Part shown: one piece after another, positions 31,027-41,385 of the stretch
How positions within the stretch are numbered: position 1 is the stretch's first letter
Layout of the letters: each line of letters starts with the position of its first letter
The notes under the pieces: generated by a model
The model's input: the letters and a program-made list of their open reading frames with translations, nothing else
What the model was told of the DNA's origin: nothing
The model's database searches: none
Source of the DNA: a bacterium
GTDB taxonomy: Bacteria > UBP6 > UBA1177 > JAKLFG01
Length of the DNA stretch: 50,296 nucleotides
NCBI GenBank assembly: GCA_029573155.1
Contig: JAKQHE010000164.1
Location: forward strand, 1-50,296
Reading direction: 5' to 3'
Program-made: the position numbers and the translations under genes

Positions 31027-32400
31027 ATGTCTGCGGTCCGCCTTCGTCTTTTCAAGAGAGGTCGCCTGATCCTCTCGCGCCTCCTGCGACGATTTCTATT
31101 CTTCACCGGCCGGGTCGACCCGGCGCGCGCCGTCTTCCTCGGCTATCTTTCGTATGTTCTCGTCGGTTGGGCGCTTCTCTCGCTTCCCATCGCCCGCACC
31201 GTCGATCACATCGCCCCGATCGACAACCTCTTCATCGCCGCCTCGGCGATGTCGACCACCGGGCTGGTCTCCATCAGCGTCTCCGACAATTACAGCCTTT
31301 TCGGTCAGTTGGTGATACTCGCCCTTATCCAGATATGCGGCGTCGGGTTCATGACCTTCGGGTCGTTCATCATTCTGTCGCGCCGTCCCGATCTGCCCCC
31401 GGCGCGTACCGAGGTGACGCACGCCGTCTTTTCTCTGCCGCGGTCGTTCGACGTGTTCCGCTTCATCAGAGGCGTCGTTCTGTTCACCGTCGTCATCGAG
31501 TCGGTCGGAACGCTCCTTTTGTGCTGGGCTTTCACGGCGGCCGGGACACCGCGTCCGTTCTACACTGCTTTTTTTCACAGTATTTCGGCCTTCTGTACCG
31601 CCGGATTCAGCACCTTCAACGACAGTTTTTCGGCTTTCTCCGGCAACTTCTGGATAAACGGGATCATCGCTCTCCTGAGTTATCTCGGCGCCATCGGGTT
31701 CATCGTGTTCATCGATTACTGGCGCCGGTTCCGGGGCGAGACCACGCAGGTGACGCTTACCAGCCGCATCATCCTCGGAGCGACCGTCTGGATGACGATC
31801 ATCGGTACCTCTCTGCTGTTCCTCGCCGAACCGACGATAACGGCCCGCCCTCCGGTCGACCGGTTGCTCGCCGCCTTTTTCCAGTGCATGACGGCGATGA
31901 CCACCGTCGGTTTCAACACCATCGATCTCGGCGCGCTTTCGAAAGGTTCGGTGCTGGTCCTCACGCTCCTGATGATCATCGGCGCCTCGCCGTCGGGGAC
32001 CGGCGGCGGCGTCAAGAGCACCTCCTTCACGGCGATACTCGGCGTGGTCCGCAGCGCCCTGCGCGGCGAACAAAAAGCATCTTTCAGCGGGAAGGTCATC
32101 CCTTTCGAACGGATATGGCAGGCGATCGCCAATACCACGCTCTATCTCATACTGCTGACGGTCGGCGTCTATCTGCTCGATCTCACCGAAACGGCACCGT
32201 TCGACAAGATAATCTTCGAGGCGGCGTCGGCCATCGGGACGGTGGGGCTCAGCATGGGGGTCACCGGAACGCTTACCGATCTGGGGAAATTCATCGTCGT
32301 GCTTCTCATGATCGGCGGGCGCATCGGGCCGCTGACGGTCGGCATGGCGCTTTTCGTACGCAAACACGAAGAGCCCGCCGACAGCGATCTGGCGGTATAG
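31027..32400 (+). CDS. ktrB: Trk/Ktr-type K+ transporter membrane subunit (KtrB/TrkH family)
   Basis: The ATG at 31027 follows GAGG. The 457-aa polytopic protein has four pore-loop signatures: AMSTTGL, FCTAGFS, MTTVGFN and IGTVGLS. The upstream 25 codons of the ORF-track entry overlap the riboswitch expression platform. Confidence 0.88.
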   Translation: MSAVRLRLFKRGRLILSRLLRRFLFFTGRVDPARAVFLGYLSYVLVGWALLSLPIARTVDHIAPIDNLFIAASAMSTTGLVSISVSDNYSLFGQLVILALIQICGVGFMTFGSFIILSRRPDLPPARTEVTHAVFSLPRSFDVFRFIRGVVLFTVVIESVGTLLLCWAFTAAGTPRPFYTAFFHSISAFCTAGFSTFNDSFSAFSGNFWINGIIALLSYLGAIGFIVFIDYWRRFRGETTQVTLTSRIILGATVWMTIIGTSLLFLAEPTITARPPVDRLLAAFFQCMTAMTTVGFNTIDLGALSKGSVLVLTLLMIIGASPSGTGGGVKSTSFTAILGVVRSALRGEQKASFSGKVIPFERIWQAIANTTLYLILLTVGVYLLDLTETAPFDKIIFEAASAIGTVGLSMGVTGTLTDLGKFIVVLLMIGGRIGPLTVGMALFVRKHEEPADSDLAV

Positions 32401-32424
32401 CGAGGTATGACCTCTTTCCTCGAT

Positions 32425-32452
32425 TTGACGCGCCCCTGTTTTTGACTATACT
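32425..32452 (+). promoter_or_regulatory. Candidate sigma70-type promoter for metG
   Basis: TTGACG (32425-32430), a 16-nt spacer, then TATACT (32447-32452). The GGAGG SD and the ATG at 32482 follow. Confidence 0.45.
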
Positions 32453-32481
32453 CCCCCCGTTTTTGTCAACCGGAGGAACTC

Positions 32482-34152
32482 ATGCGGTATCTCGTCACCT
32501 CGGCGCTCCCGTACGCGAACGGCCCGATACACCTCGGCCACATCGCCGGCGCCTATCTTCCCGCCGACATCTACGTCCGTTTCCTGCGCAACAGCGGCCG
32601 CGAGGTCATCTACATCTGCGGCACCGATGAACACGGCGTCCCGATCACCATCAACGCCGAACAGAACGGCAAAACACCGCCCGAAGTGGTGGCCGAGAAT
32701 CACAGGATAATAGAGGACGCATTCCGCCGCCTTGAGATGAGTTTTGACATCTTCTCGGGGACGAGCACCTGCCCCGACCACGCGAAACTGTCGCAGGATT
32801 TCTTCCTGACGCTCCGGAAGAACGGTTTCATCTCGGAGCGCGATGTCGACCAGTTCTACTGCGACCACGATGCGATGTTCCTTCCCGACCGCTATGTCGA
32901 AGGGGTCTGCCCCCATTGCGGCAAAGGGGCGCGCGGCGACCAGTGCGACTACTGCGGCAACGCCCTCAACTCGCTTGAACTGAAAGAGCCCAAATGCAAA
33001 CTGTGCGCAAAGACGCCGGTGGTGAAAAGTTCGCGCCACTGGTTCCTCGATCTTGATAAGTTCCAGAAAGATCTCGATATCTGGCTCAAAGGGAAACCAC
33101 ACTGGAAGGCCAATGTCAAGGCCTTCTGCGAGCAGTGGTTCCAGCGCGGGCTTGAACCGCGCGGCATCACCCGCGATATCTCGTGGGGGGTACCGGTGCC
33201 CATCGAGGGGGCGAAAGGGAAAGTGCTCTATGTCTGGTTCGACGCCCCCATCGGCTACATCTCCTTTACCATCGAACTGTTCCGGAACCTCGGTCGCACC
33301 GAGGATTGGAAGAAATGGTGGCAGGGCGGAAAGGATGTTAAGTTGGTCCATTTCATCGGCAAGGACAACATCGTGTTCCACGCCATCATCTGGCCCGCGA
33401 TGCTGATGGGACAGAAAGGCGACTGGAAACTGCCCGACGAGATACCGGCCAACGAGTTCCTCAACCTCGAGGGAGACAAGTTCTCCACCTCGAAGAACTA
33501 CGCGATATGGCTGCATGAATTCCTGAACGATTTCAACAGCGATGTGATCCGTTACTACCTTGCGCAAATCGCTCCCGAGGCGAAGGACGCCGATTTCTCG
33601 CTCAAGGGTTTCCAGACCGCCAACAACTCCGAACTCGCCGACATCTACGGTAACTTCGTCAACCGTATCCTCTCATTCACCCGCAAGTTCTTCGACGGGA
33701 CCCTCGGCGGCGATGTCACCTTTACCGATGCAGAGAAGGCACTGTGGGCTGAGGCGAAGAAAGAGTCCGATATCATTAAGGAATGCTACGATACCTTCAA
33801 GGTCCGCGACGCGGTCTTCCACCTGATGGAACTGGGCCGCATCGCTAATAAATACGTCGATACGAGCGCGCCGTGGTCACTCCGGAAGACCGACGAGAAA
33901 CGGTGCAAGGCGGTGCTCCTCACCTGCCTCAACCTCATCGACACCCTCGCGACCGCCTTTGAGCCGATCACCCCGGCGGCGTCGCGCAAGGTGAAGAAGA
34001 TGCTGAACCTTCCCGAGACCTTCGATCTCAACGCCCTCTGCAGTGAGCCGATGAAACCGGGACATACCATCGGCGAACCGGCCGTCCTCTACCCCAAGAT
34101 CGAGGATGCGGCGATAGAAAAGTGGCGCGAAAAACTTGGCATAAATTCATAA
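32482..34152 (+). CDS. metG: Methionine--tRNA ligase (short form without the C-terminal tRNA-binding domain)
   Basis: LPYANGPIHLGHIAG (HIGH), KFSTSKN (KMSKS) and Zn knuckles CPHC…CDYC…CKLC. Confidence 0.95.
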   Translation: MRYLVTSALPYANGPIHLGHIAGAYLPADIYVRFLRNSGREVIYICGTDEHGVPITINAEQNGKTPPEVVAENHRIIEDAFRRLEMSFDIFSGTSTCPDHAKLSQDFFLTLRKNGFISERDVDQFYCDHDAMFLPDRYVEGVCPHCGKGARGDQCDYCGNALNSLELKEPKCKLCAKTPVVKSSRHWFLDLDKFQKDLDIWLKGKPHWKANVKAFCEQWFQRGLEPRGITRDISWGVPVPIEGAKGKVLYVWFDAPIGYISFTIELFRNLGRTEDWKKWWQGGKDVKLVHFIGKDNIVFHAIIWPAMLMGQKGDWKLPDEIPANEFLNLEGDKFSTSKNYAIWLHEFLNDFNSDVIRYYLAQIAPEAKDADFSLKGFQTANNSELADIYGNFVNRILSFTRKFFDGTLGGDVTFTDAEKALWAEAKKESDIIKECYDTFKVRDAVFHLMELGRIANKYVDTSAPWSLRKTDEKRCKAVLLTCLNLIDTLATAFEPITPAASRKVKKMLNLPETFDLNALCSEPMKPGHTIGEPAVLYPKIEDAAIEKWREKLGINS

Positions 34153-34170
34153 CCGATAAGGGAGTTACCG

Positions 34171-34605
34171 ATGCTCGCGAACATCAGAAAAGACCTGTTC
34201 GAGGCAAAAAAAACTCACGATCTGGTGAGGTCGAATCTCCTCTCGACGCTCCTCGGCGAGGCGATGGCGGTCGGCAAGAACGCTGGCAACCGCGAAACGA
34301 CCCCCGAAGAGGTGATGCAGATCATCCGCAAATTCATGAAGAACATCGACGAGACGATCGCCATCCTGACCGGCGATGGAAAGGCGTGCGACAAGGAAAA
34401 GGCGGAGCGGACGATACTCGAAGGATACCTGCCCAAGCAGTTGACCGCCGAAGAACTCGCTAAAGTCATTGACGATATCGTCGCGACCCTTCCCGAGAAG
34501 TCGCCCAAGGCAATGGGGCAGGTGATGGCGAAACTCAAGGAACTCTACGCCGGCCGTTACGACGGCAAACTGGCAAGTCAACTGGTCAAGGAAAAACTGG
34601 TGTGA
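34171..34605 (+). CDS. yqeY: GatB/YqeY-domain protein
   Basis: The 144-aa product is typical of the YqeY family (…SNLLSTLLGEA…EGYLPKQLTAEEL…KAMGQVMAKLK…GRYDGKLASQLVKEKL). A GGGAG SD is present. Confidence 0.85.
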   Translation: MLANIRKDLFEAKKTHDLVRSNLLSTLLGEAMAVGKNAGNRETTPEEVMQIIRKFMKNIDETIAILTGDGKACDKEKAERTILEGYLPKQLTAEELAKVIDDIVATLPEKSPKAMGQVMAKLKELYAGRYDGKLASQLVKEKLV

Positions 34606-34634
34606 TCAGCGACCATATCCGCAGGGAGGGAACC

Positions 34635-35528
34635 ATGAAAAGATCGATCATTATCGGTTTGTTGACGGGCTTTTTCGCTCTCGTTTCGTGCCAGACCGTG
34701 CCGGTGACCGCCGACTACGCGAAGACCTATGCCGAGGCCTATGCGAAGGGGTTCGAGGATGGCTTCAACAAGGCGGAGAAACTGGGCTTTGCGGGAGACA
34801 AATACCCCTATCAGGAACCCTACAACGACATCGGCGCGGTGGACAAGGATTCGGTCGCCTATCCGGTGCAAAAGAACGATCTCAAGAAGGTGAAGGAACT
34901 TCTCGAGACGGGGCGCCCCGCCGACGAGATGGACCCGAACGGCTACTCGCCGCTCCAACTCGCCGCGCGGCTCGGCTTTCTCCCGATCGCCGAATACCTC
35001 GTCTCAAAAGGGGCCGATGTCAACTTCCAGTCGAGCGACGGGTATACGCCGCTCAAGGAGGCGGTCACTTACCGTAAAACGCCGATGGCCGAATTCCTCA
35101 TCAAGAAGGGGGCCGATGTCAACTTCACCGACTCTTCGGGAGCAAGCATCCTCTACTTTGCGGCGCAGGCGGGCGATCAGGCGCTCGTGAAACTGCTCAT
35201 CGAGAAAAAGGCGACGCTCGAACAGAAACTCGTGTCGGGCGGCTGGACGGCGCTTCTTGTCGCCGCCTCCTACGGGTTCCACCCTATCGTGGCGTTGCTC
35301 ACCGAAGCAGGGGCCGATGTGAACGCCCGCGAGACCACCTCGGGGAAGACCGCGCTCTTCTATGTCATCCCCTCCGGCAACGCGACCACCGTCAAGATGC
35401 TTCTTGAAAAAGGTGCGCGGACCGATGTCGCCGACAACAACGGCGACACCCCGCTCCTGCTCGCCAAACGGATGAACCTGCCGGCGATCATCGAACTGTT
35501 CGAAAAGAAAGCGACCCCGGGAACTTAA
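34635..35528 (+). CDS. Ankyrin-repeat lipoprotein
   Basis: The ATG at 34635 follows GGGAGGGAA. Lipobox reads MKRSIIIGLLTGFFALVS-C. At least 5 ANK units are present (…GYSPLQLAARLGFLPIAEYLVSKGADVN…GYTPLKEAV…GADVN…GWTALLVAASYGFHPIVALLTEAGADVN…GDTPLLLA…). Confidence 0.85.
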   Translation: MKRSIIIGLLTGFFALVSCQTVPVTADYAKTYAEAYAKGFEDGFNKAEKLGFAGDKYPYQEPYNDIGAVDKDSVAYPVQKNDLKKVKELLETGRPADEMDPNGYSPLQLAARLGFLPIAEYLVSKGADVNFQSSDGYTPLKEAVTYRKTPMAEFLIKKGADVNFTDSSGASILYFAAQAGDQALVKLLIEKKATLEQKLVSGGWTALLVAASYGFHPIVALLTEAGADVNARETTSGKTALFYVIPSGNATTVKMLLEKGARTDVADNNGDTPLLLAKRMNLPAIIELFEKKATPGT

Positions 35529-35544
35529 AACAGAAGGAGATACC

Positions 35545-36567
35545 ATGCGCGCGGCACTTATCGGGCTTCCCGTTTCGGGCAAAACGACCGTCTTCGAGGC
35601 GCTTACCGGCATCGCGGAGGCGAAGAAGGAGGAGAACCTCGGGACGATAAAGGTCCCCGACACGCGGATAGACCGGCTCAACGAGATATACAAACCGAAG
35701 AAGAAGACCTACGCCGAATTCGTCCTGACCGATTTCAACATCGCGGCGACCAAGGACGCGCTCCTTCCGTCGCAGGTCAAGAATCTCATCCAAAAGGCCG
35801 ATCTGCTCATCTTCGTCCTGCGCAATTTCGATTCGGTGATGACCGCCGAGCCGAAAGACCCGCTCGCCGAATACCGGAAACTCAAGGACGAACTCCTGCT
35901 CACCGACCTCATCACCGCCGAGAAGCGGATAGAGCGCGAGGCAAAAGAGAAGAAGAACCCGCCCGAGATGCCGGCGATAAAGAAACTCCACGCGATACTC
36001 GAAAAAAGCACCTTCCCGGCGCCCGACGCCTTCACTGCCGACGAACTCGCCCACATGGCCAACTATAATTTCCTGACGCTCAAGAAGCGGATCGCGCTCG
36101 TCAACGAACCGGAGGGGGGCGCGCCGCTCCCGGCGGGGCTCACCGAGGCGATCGCGGCCGACGGCGTGCTGTCGTTCGCCGTCTGCGCGACGCTCGAAAA
36201 GGATCTCGCCCAGATGGCCGCGGAGGAGCAGGCGGAATTCCTCAAGGGCTACGGGCTCACCGAACCGGCCCGCGCCCGGTTCATCCGGACCGCCTACGAA
36301 ACGCTCGGGCTCATATCGTTCCTCACGGCGGGCGAGGACGAGGTGCGGGCGTGGCCGATCCGCAAGGGGACCCCGGCGGTCGAGGCGGCGGGGAAGATAC
36401 ACAGCGACATCCAGCGCGGCTTCATCCGCGCCGAGACGATACACTTCGACGACTTCAACAAGTACGGCTCAGAGGCCGAATGCAAGAAAGCGGGCCACTA
36501 CCGTCTCGAAGGGAAGGAGTATGTCGTCAAGGACGGCGACATCATCAATTTCCGGTTCAATGTCTGA
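35545..36567 (+). CDS. ychF: Ribosome-binding ATPase YchF (Obg-family P-loop NTPase with TGS-like C-terminus)
   Basis: G1 motif GLPVSGKTT. The C-terminal YchF/DUF933 signature reads GKIHSDIQRGFIRAETIHFDDF…GHYRLEGKEYVVKDGDIINFRFNV. Confidence 0.85.
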   Translation: MRAALIGLPVSGKTTVFEALTGIAEAKKEENLGTIKVPDTRIDRLNEIYKPKKKTYAEFVLTDFNIAATKDALLPSQVKNLIQKADLLIFVLRNFDSVMTAEPKDPLAEYRKLKDELLLTDLITAEKRIEREAKEKKNPPEMPAIKKLHAILEKSTFPAPDAFTADELAHMANYNFLTLKKRIALVNEPEGGAPLPAGLTEAIAADGVLSFAVCATLEKDLAQMAAEEQAEFLKGYGLTEPARARFIRTAYETLGLISFLTAGEDEVRAWPIRKGTPAVEAAGKIHSDIQRGFIRAETIHFDDFNKYGSEAECKKAGHYRLEGKEYVVKDGDIINFRFNV

Positions 36568-36576
36568 CGGGGCGGC

Positions 36577-37455
36577 ATGAGCCATGGCCACGACCACGGC
36601 GACACCGGCCACATCGGCGTCGCTTTTTTTCTCAATTTCTCGTTCGCACTGATAGAGATCGTCGGCGGCCTGCTGACCAACAGCATCGCGATACTTTCCG
36701 ATGCGCTCCACGACCTCGGCGACAGCCTCGCACTCGCTCTGGCGTGGTATCTGCAGAAGGTGTCGGACCGCGGGCGCGACCGGCGTTATACCTACGGCTA
36801 CAAGCGTTTCTCGCTTCTCGGGGCGCTCGCCGGGAGCGTGATCCTGATCGTCGGGTCGGTGGTCATCGTATTCGCCGCCGTGCCGCGGCTCCTTACGCCG
36901 CAACCGACCGTCACATGGGGCATGTTGGCGCTCGCGGTGCTCGGCATCATCGTCAACGGCGCGGCGGTCCTGCGCCTCAAAAAAGGGACCTCGCAGAACG
37001 CGAAAGTGGTGGCGCTCCACCTACTGGAAGATGTGCTCGGGTGGGCGGCGGTCCTCGTCGGGGCGGTCGTCATCCACTTCACCGGCTGGTACTGGATAGA
37101 CCCGCTCCTGTCGCTCGGCATCGCCGCCTTCATACTCGTAACGGCGCTCGGAGCGCTCCGGTCATCGGCCAAGATACTTCTGCAGGGGATCCCGGAGGGT
37201 GTCGATCTCGCGGCTATCGAGGCGCGGCTCACGGCGATCGCGGGGGTCGCCTCGTTCCACGACCTGCATCTCTGGAGTCTTGACGGCGAACGGACCATAC
37301 TGACGGTCCATCTGGTGCTCGACGGCCCGGTGACGCCGGAGACGGCCTGCCGCGTCAAACGGGAGACGACCGCCGCGATGGAAGAACTCGGCGTCGGCCA
37401 TTGCACCCTCGAACTCGAGGGACCGGACGAGCCGTGCGCGCGGTGCTGTTCCTGA
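36577..37455 (+). CDS. czcD: Cation diffusion facilitator family divalent-metal efflux transporter (CzcD/ZitB-like)
   Basis: His-rich N-terminus MSHGHDHGDTGH. The CDF signature in TM2 reads …SIAILSDALHDLGDSLAL…, the TM5 motif reads HLLEDVLGW, and a C-terminal cytoplasmic domain is present. Confidence 0.88.
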   Translation: MSHGHDHGDTGHIGVAFFLNFSFALIEIVGGLLTNSIAILSDALHDLGDSLALALAWYLQKVSDRGRDRRYTYGYKRFSLLGALAGSVILIVGSVVIVFAAVPRLLTPQPTVTWGMLALAVLGIIVNGAAVLRLKKGTSQNAKVVALHLLEDVLGWAAVLVGAVVIHFTGWYWIDPLLSLGIAAFILVTALGALRSSAKILLQGIPEGVDLAAIEARLTAIAGVASFHDLHLWSLDGERTILTVHLVLDGPVTPETACRVKRETTAAMEELGVGHCTLELEGPDEPCARCCS

Positions 37456-37550
37456 CCCTGCCCTTTGCCTCACCTTGCGTCGTAAAAAAATTCTCTGACT
37501 TTCTTTTTTGTTTGGTATATAGTACCCCGTTCACCGGAGGCACCGGCACC

Positions 37551-38192
37551 ATGAGAAAGAAAACGACCACGCAGGGACCGGCCGCGCGACGCGGCTCGGC
37601 CTTCGTCATATCGGCCCCGTCGGGCACGGGAAAAACGACGCTCGTCACGGCTCTCCGCAAACGGTTCCCCTTCCTCGAGCAGTCGGTCTCCTGCACCACC
37701 CGCCCGCCGCGCACCGGCGAGAAGAGCGGCCGCGACTACCTGTTCCTGACCGAGGAGGAGTTCCGGCGACGCATCGACGAGGGCGCCTTCCTCGAATGGG
37801 CGAAGGTGTACGGCCACTACTACGGGACGCCGAAGGATTGGCTCATCGATCGGATAGAGAGCGGGCGGCAGGTCGTCTGCGCAATCGATGTGCAGGGGGC
37901 GGTCGCCATCAAACAACTGCTCCCCGACGACGCCGTGCTCATATTCGTCCTTCCCCCGTCGCTCGAGGAGTTGCGGCGGCGCATCAAGAACCGCGCGCTC
38001 GACGACGAGGCGGCCATCGAGCGGCGGCTCGACGAGGCAAAGGCCGAGATACGACGCTATGTCCACTACGACCACATCGTCGTGAATGACGACCTCGAAC
38101 GCGCCGCTTCGCTGCTCTCGGGCATCGTCGCGACCGAACTGTACTGCTCCACGCGCGGGAACCGCGAACTGATAGAGCGGATGCTGGGCTGA
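37551..38192 (+). CDS. gmk: Guanylate kinase
   Basis: The ATG at 37551 follows GGAGG. Motifs are ISAPSGTGKTT and …SVSCTTRPPRTGEKSGRDYLF…YGHYYGT. The upstream part of the ORF-track entry overlaps czcD and was rejected. Confidence 0.93.
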   Translation: MRKKTTTQGPAARRGSAFVISAPSGTGKTTLVTALRKRFPFLEQSVSCTTRPPRTGEKSGRDYLFLTEEEFRRRIDEGAFLEWAKVYGHYYGTPKDWLIDRIESGRQVVCAIDVQGAVAIKQLLPDDAVLIFVLPPSLEELRRRIKNRALDDEAAIERRLDEAKAEIRRYVHYDHIVVNDDLERAASLLSGIVATELYCSTRGNRELIERMLG

Positions 38193-38196
38193 GACC

Positions 38197-40503
38197 ATGG
38201 ACCTGAAACTGTTCCAGCACATCGTCAAGAGATCTCCCCACTTCGACATCCTGCGGATCATCCGCCCCACCGACATCATCCGCGCCGTCATGGAAACGCA
38301 CCCCTCCCTGACCGACGAAGAGCGGATGAGGGCGCGGGAAAAGATCAACAAGGCCATCGTCCTCGCGACCGCCGCGCATCAAGGGGTCCTGCGCGAGAGC
38401 GGCGAGCCCTACATCACCCATCCCTATGCCGTCGCCTATGTACTCGCCAAGATGGGGATGACCGTTGAATGCGTCATCGCCGGGTTCCTGCACGACACGG
38501 TAGAGGACGCGACCACCACCATCGAAGAGATCCGGCAGATGTTCGGCGACGCGGTCGCCAATCTGGTGGATGGCGTGACCAAACTGTCGCTCGCCAACAT
38601 CGGCAAGGAGGAGAAAAAGGCACAGGCGTTCCAGAAACTCTTCGTCTACGCGGCGCGGGATGGCATCGGGATACTGTTCGTCAAACTGGCCGACCGCCTT
38701 CAGAACATGATGACGCTCGACGCGGTGAGCCCCGAGAAACAGCAACGGGTCGCGCGGGAGACCCTGCAACTGTACGCGCCGCTCGCCCATCGGCTCGGCG
38801 TTTACTGGATGAAAGAGGAGCTCGAGTCGCTCAGTTTCTACTACTGCTATCCCGAGGAATGGAAACAGATAGACGACTACATCACCACGCGGTTCCAGCA
38901 GGACCCGGCCAAGGCGCTCGAAACCCTGCAGAAGAAGGTGCGCGCGGTCATCGTCGAGCATTGTCCGCCCGTGGCGGGAAAGATAGAGAAGGTGTACGGC
39001 CGCATCAAGTCCTACCCGAGCATCTACCGTAAGACCATCAAACAGAACAAGACCATCGGATCCCTGCACGACATTGTCGGTATCCGCGTGATACTCGATT
39101 CGCCGAACCGCGACGACTGCTACCTCGCGATGGCGGCCATCCATTCGTTCCCCGAGTTCACCGTGATGAACGACCGATTTAAGGACTACATCGCGCGACC
39201 CAAGGCGAACGATTATCAGTCGATACACACGGTGGTCCGTTACCACGAATATTCGATGGAGGTGCAGATACGGACCCGCGGGATGCACCGTATCGCCGAG
39301 GAAGGTGACGCCTCCCACTGGGCTTACAAGAACGAGATCGCGGGCAACGACAAGGCGATGCTGTGGCTCAAGAAAGTGCTCGGCGACCTGCCCGATGTCA
39401 CCGCGAACCCCATGGATTTCGTCCACGACATCGCCACGGCGATACCGCTCGAGAAGATATCGGTCTTTACCCCCAAGGGCGACCTCATCACGCTCCCCGA
39501 GGGTGCGACGGTGCTCGATTTCGCCTACGCGATACACGGCGATCTCGGCGACACCTGCGTCGGCGGGACGGTCAACGGTCGCAAGGTCCCCATCTATTAC
39601 TGCCTCTCGAATAAGGACGAGGTGGCGATAGAGACATCGAAGAAACAGTTCCCGCGCCACGACTGGCTCACCTTCGTGGCGACCCACAAGGCAAAGACCT
39701 ACATCCGCCGCCACCTGACCCAGCAGGAGCGCGAACAGCTTGTCGCGGCGGGGCGTGACACGGTCAAACAGCTCTTCGAGAAAGCGGGCCGCGTTCAAGA
39801 TTTTAACCGTCTCGAATCGCTCGACGGTTTCGGCGAGATCGCGGATAAATACTCGCTACCCAAGGAACAGCGGCTGCAGGTGCTATTCTACAAACTGGCG
39901 ACCGGTGAATTCAAACTGCGGGTGTTGCTGAAGAGTCTCTTCTCCGACGAAGAGGTGGAGAAACTCATAAAGGAATTGCCGCGCAAGGTGGGCATGCTCT
40001 TCCCGGAACGGCGCATCAAGCGCGACACCATTGAGGTCGTGCCCGGGTCGAAGTCGGTCTACCTCCGCGGGGTGGGCGAGGTGAAGGACTACGGCGCCGC
40101 CAAATGCTGCAGCCCCGAGGAGGGTGACCCCATCGTCGCCTACCTGTCACCGACACGCGGATACATCATCCATAAAAGCGGCTGCCCGACGCTTCAACGC
40201 ATCAATGTCGAGCGGATCGAGAAGCATGTCTACTGGTTCAATTTCGCCCTCTACAAGGTCGAACTCATCATCGAGATAAAGAACACCCCCGGCGCGCTGC
40301 TCGATGTACTGCAGGAGGTGTCGAGCGCCGGGCTCAACATCGAGAGCCTGCACCTCGATCCTCGCGATGCCACCGAGAAGACGGGCCATGTCTATCTTTC
40401 CTTCAAGGGAACCGATATTCGTCAGATAGAACGGGTCAGTCAGGAGATGAAGAGTAAAAAATCGATACTATCTTACGACATCAGTAGCATCGCACGCATT
40501 TAG
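38197..40503 (+). CDS. rel: Bifunctional (p)ppGpp synthetase/hydrolase (RelA/SpoT homologue: HD, synthetase, TGS, ACT)
   Basis: HD domain (…GEPYITHPYAVA…GFLHDTVEDA), synthetase domain (…YRKT…HDIVGIRVIL…DYIARPKANDYQSIHTVV…EVQIRTRGMH), TGS domain (…VFTPKGDLITLPEGATVLDFAYAIH) and a C-terminal ACT-like domain. Confidence 0.93.
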   Translation: MDLKLFQHIVKRSPHFDILRIIRPTDIIRAVMETHPSLTDEERMRAREKINKAIVLATAAHQGVLRESGEPYITHPYAVAYVLAKMGMTVECVIAGFLHDTVEDATTTIEEIRQMFGDAVANLVDGVTKLSLANIGKEEKKAQAFQKLFVYAARDGIGILFVKLADRLQNMMTLDAVSPEKQQRVARETLQLYAPLAHRLGVYWMKEELESLSFYYCYPEEWKQIDDYITTRFQQDPAKALETLQKKVRAVIVEHCPPVAGKIEKVYGRIKSYPSIYRKTIKQNKTIGSLHDIVGIRVILDSPNRDDCYLAMAAIHSFPEFTVMNDRFKDYIARPKANDYQSIHTVVRYHEYSMEVQIRTRGMHRIAEEGDASHWAYKNEIAGNDKAMLWLKKVLGDLPDVTANPMDFVHDIATAIPLEKISVFTPKGDLITLPEGATVLDFAYAIHGDLGDTCVGGTVNGRKVPIYYCLSNKDEVAIETSKKQFPRHDWLTFVATHKAKTYIRRHLTQQEREQLVAAGRDTVKQLFEKAGRVQDFNRLESLDGFGEIADKYSLPKEQRLQVLFYKLATGEFKLRVLLKSLFSDEEVEKLIKELPRKVGMLFPERRIKRDTIEVVPGSKSVYLRGVGEVKDYGAAKCCSPEEGDPIVAYLSPTRGYIIHKSGCPTLQRINVERIEKHVYWFNFALYKVELIIEIKNTPGALLDVLQEVSSAGLNIESLHLDPRDATEKTGHVYLSFKGTDIRQIERVSQEMKSKKSILSYDISSIARI

Positions 40504-40512
40504 GAGGCGGGA

Positions 40513-41382
40513 ATGAAGGGGGTTTACACGGCAATAGTGACGCCGTTCACGAAAAGCGGCGCGATCGACGAGGCGGCGCTGAAAAAACTCCTCACGGCCC
40601 AACGGAAGGGCGGGGTCACCGGCATCGTCGTCGCCGGGACGACCGGCGAAGCGGCGACCATCCCGTTCGAGGAGAAGCGCGACCTGTTCGCGTTCGTGAA
40701 GAAGGAGGCGACGGGGCTCGATCTTGTCGCCGGCACCGGCACCAACGACACCGCCGGCTCGGTGAAACTGACCGAGATGGCGCTTTCGCTCGGCTACACG
40801 CAGGTGCTCGCCGTCACCCCTTACTACAACAAACCCACCTGTCGCGGGCTCTTGGCCCACTATGGCGCCATCGCGGCGACCGGCGCAAAGATCGTCCTCT
40901 ATAATGTGCCGGGACGCACCGGTCTTAACCTCCCGGCCGGGTGGCTGAAGGAACTCGCGGCGATACCGCAGATAACGGCGGTCAAGGAGGCGAGCGGGAA
41001 CATGGCGCAGGCGGTCGATTATTTCGAACAGGTCGGGCCGGACCGGTTCGCGATGCTGTCGGGCGACGATTTCACGATAACGCCGTTCATCGCGCTCGGC
41101 GGCGCCGGGGTCATATCGGTGGTGTCGAACATCGCGCCCGCCGAGACGGTCGCGCTGACCGGGGCGGCGCTCGCGGGTGACTTCGGGAAGGCGACCTCTC
41201 TGCAGGTGCGGCTGAACGGTCTCATCCGTGCACTCTTCATGGAATCGAGCCCGATACCGGTCAAGACGGCGCTCCATCTCATGGGATTTTGCGAAGAGAT
41301 CCTGCGATCACCGCTCGCGACCATGGAACCGCAGAACCGCGAAAAACTCGTCGAAACACTCAAAAGGTACCGGCTGGTCTGA
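40513..41382 (+). CDS. dapA: 4-hydroxy-tetrahydrodipicolinate synthase
   Basis: An AGGAGG SD is present. Motifs are MKGVYTAIVTPF…GIVVAGTTGEAATI… and …ITAVKEASGN (Schiff-base Lys). Confidence 0.92.
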   Translation: MKGVYTAIVTPFTKSGAIDEAALKKLLTAQRKGGVTGIVVAGTTGEAATIPFEEKRDLFAFVKKEATGLDLVAGTGTNDTAGSVKLTEMALSLGYTQVLAVTPYYNKPTCRGLLAHYGAIAATGAKIVLYNVPGRTGLNLPAGWLKELAAIPQITAVKEASGNMAQAVDYFEQVGPDRFAMLSGDDFTITPFIALGGAGVISVVSNIAPAETVALTGAALAGDFGKATSLQVRLNGLIRALFMESSPIPVKTALHLMGFCEEILRSPLATMEPQNREKLVETLKRYRLV

Positions 41383-41385
41383 CCA

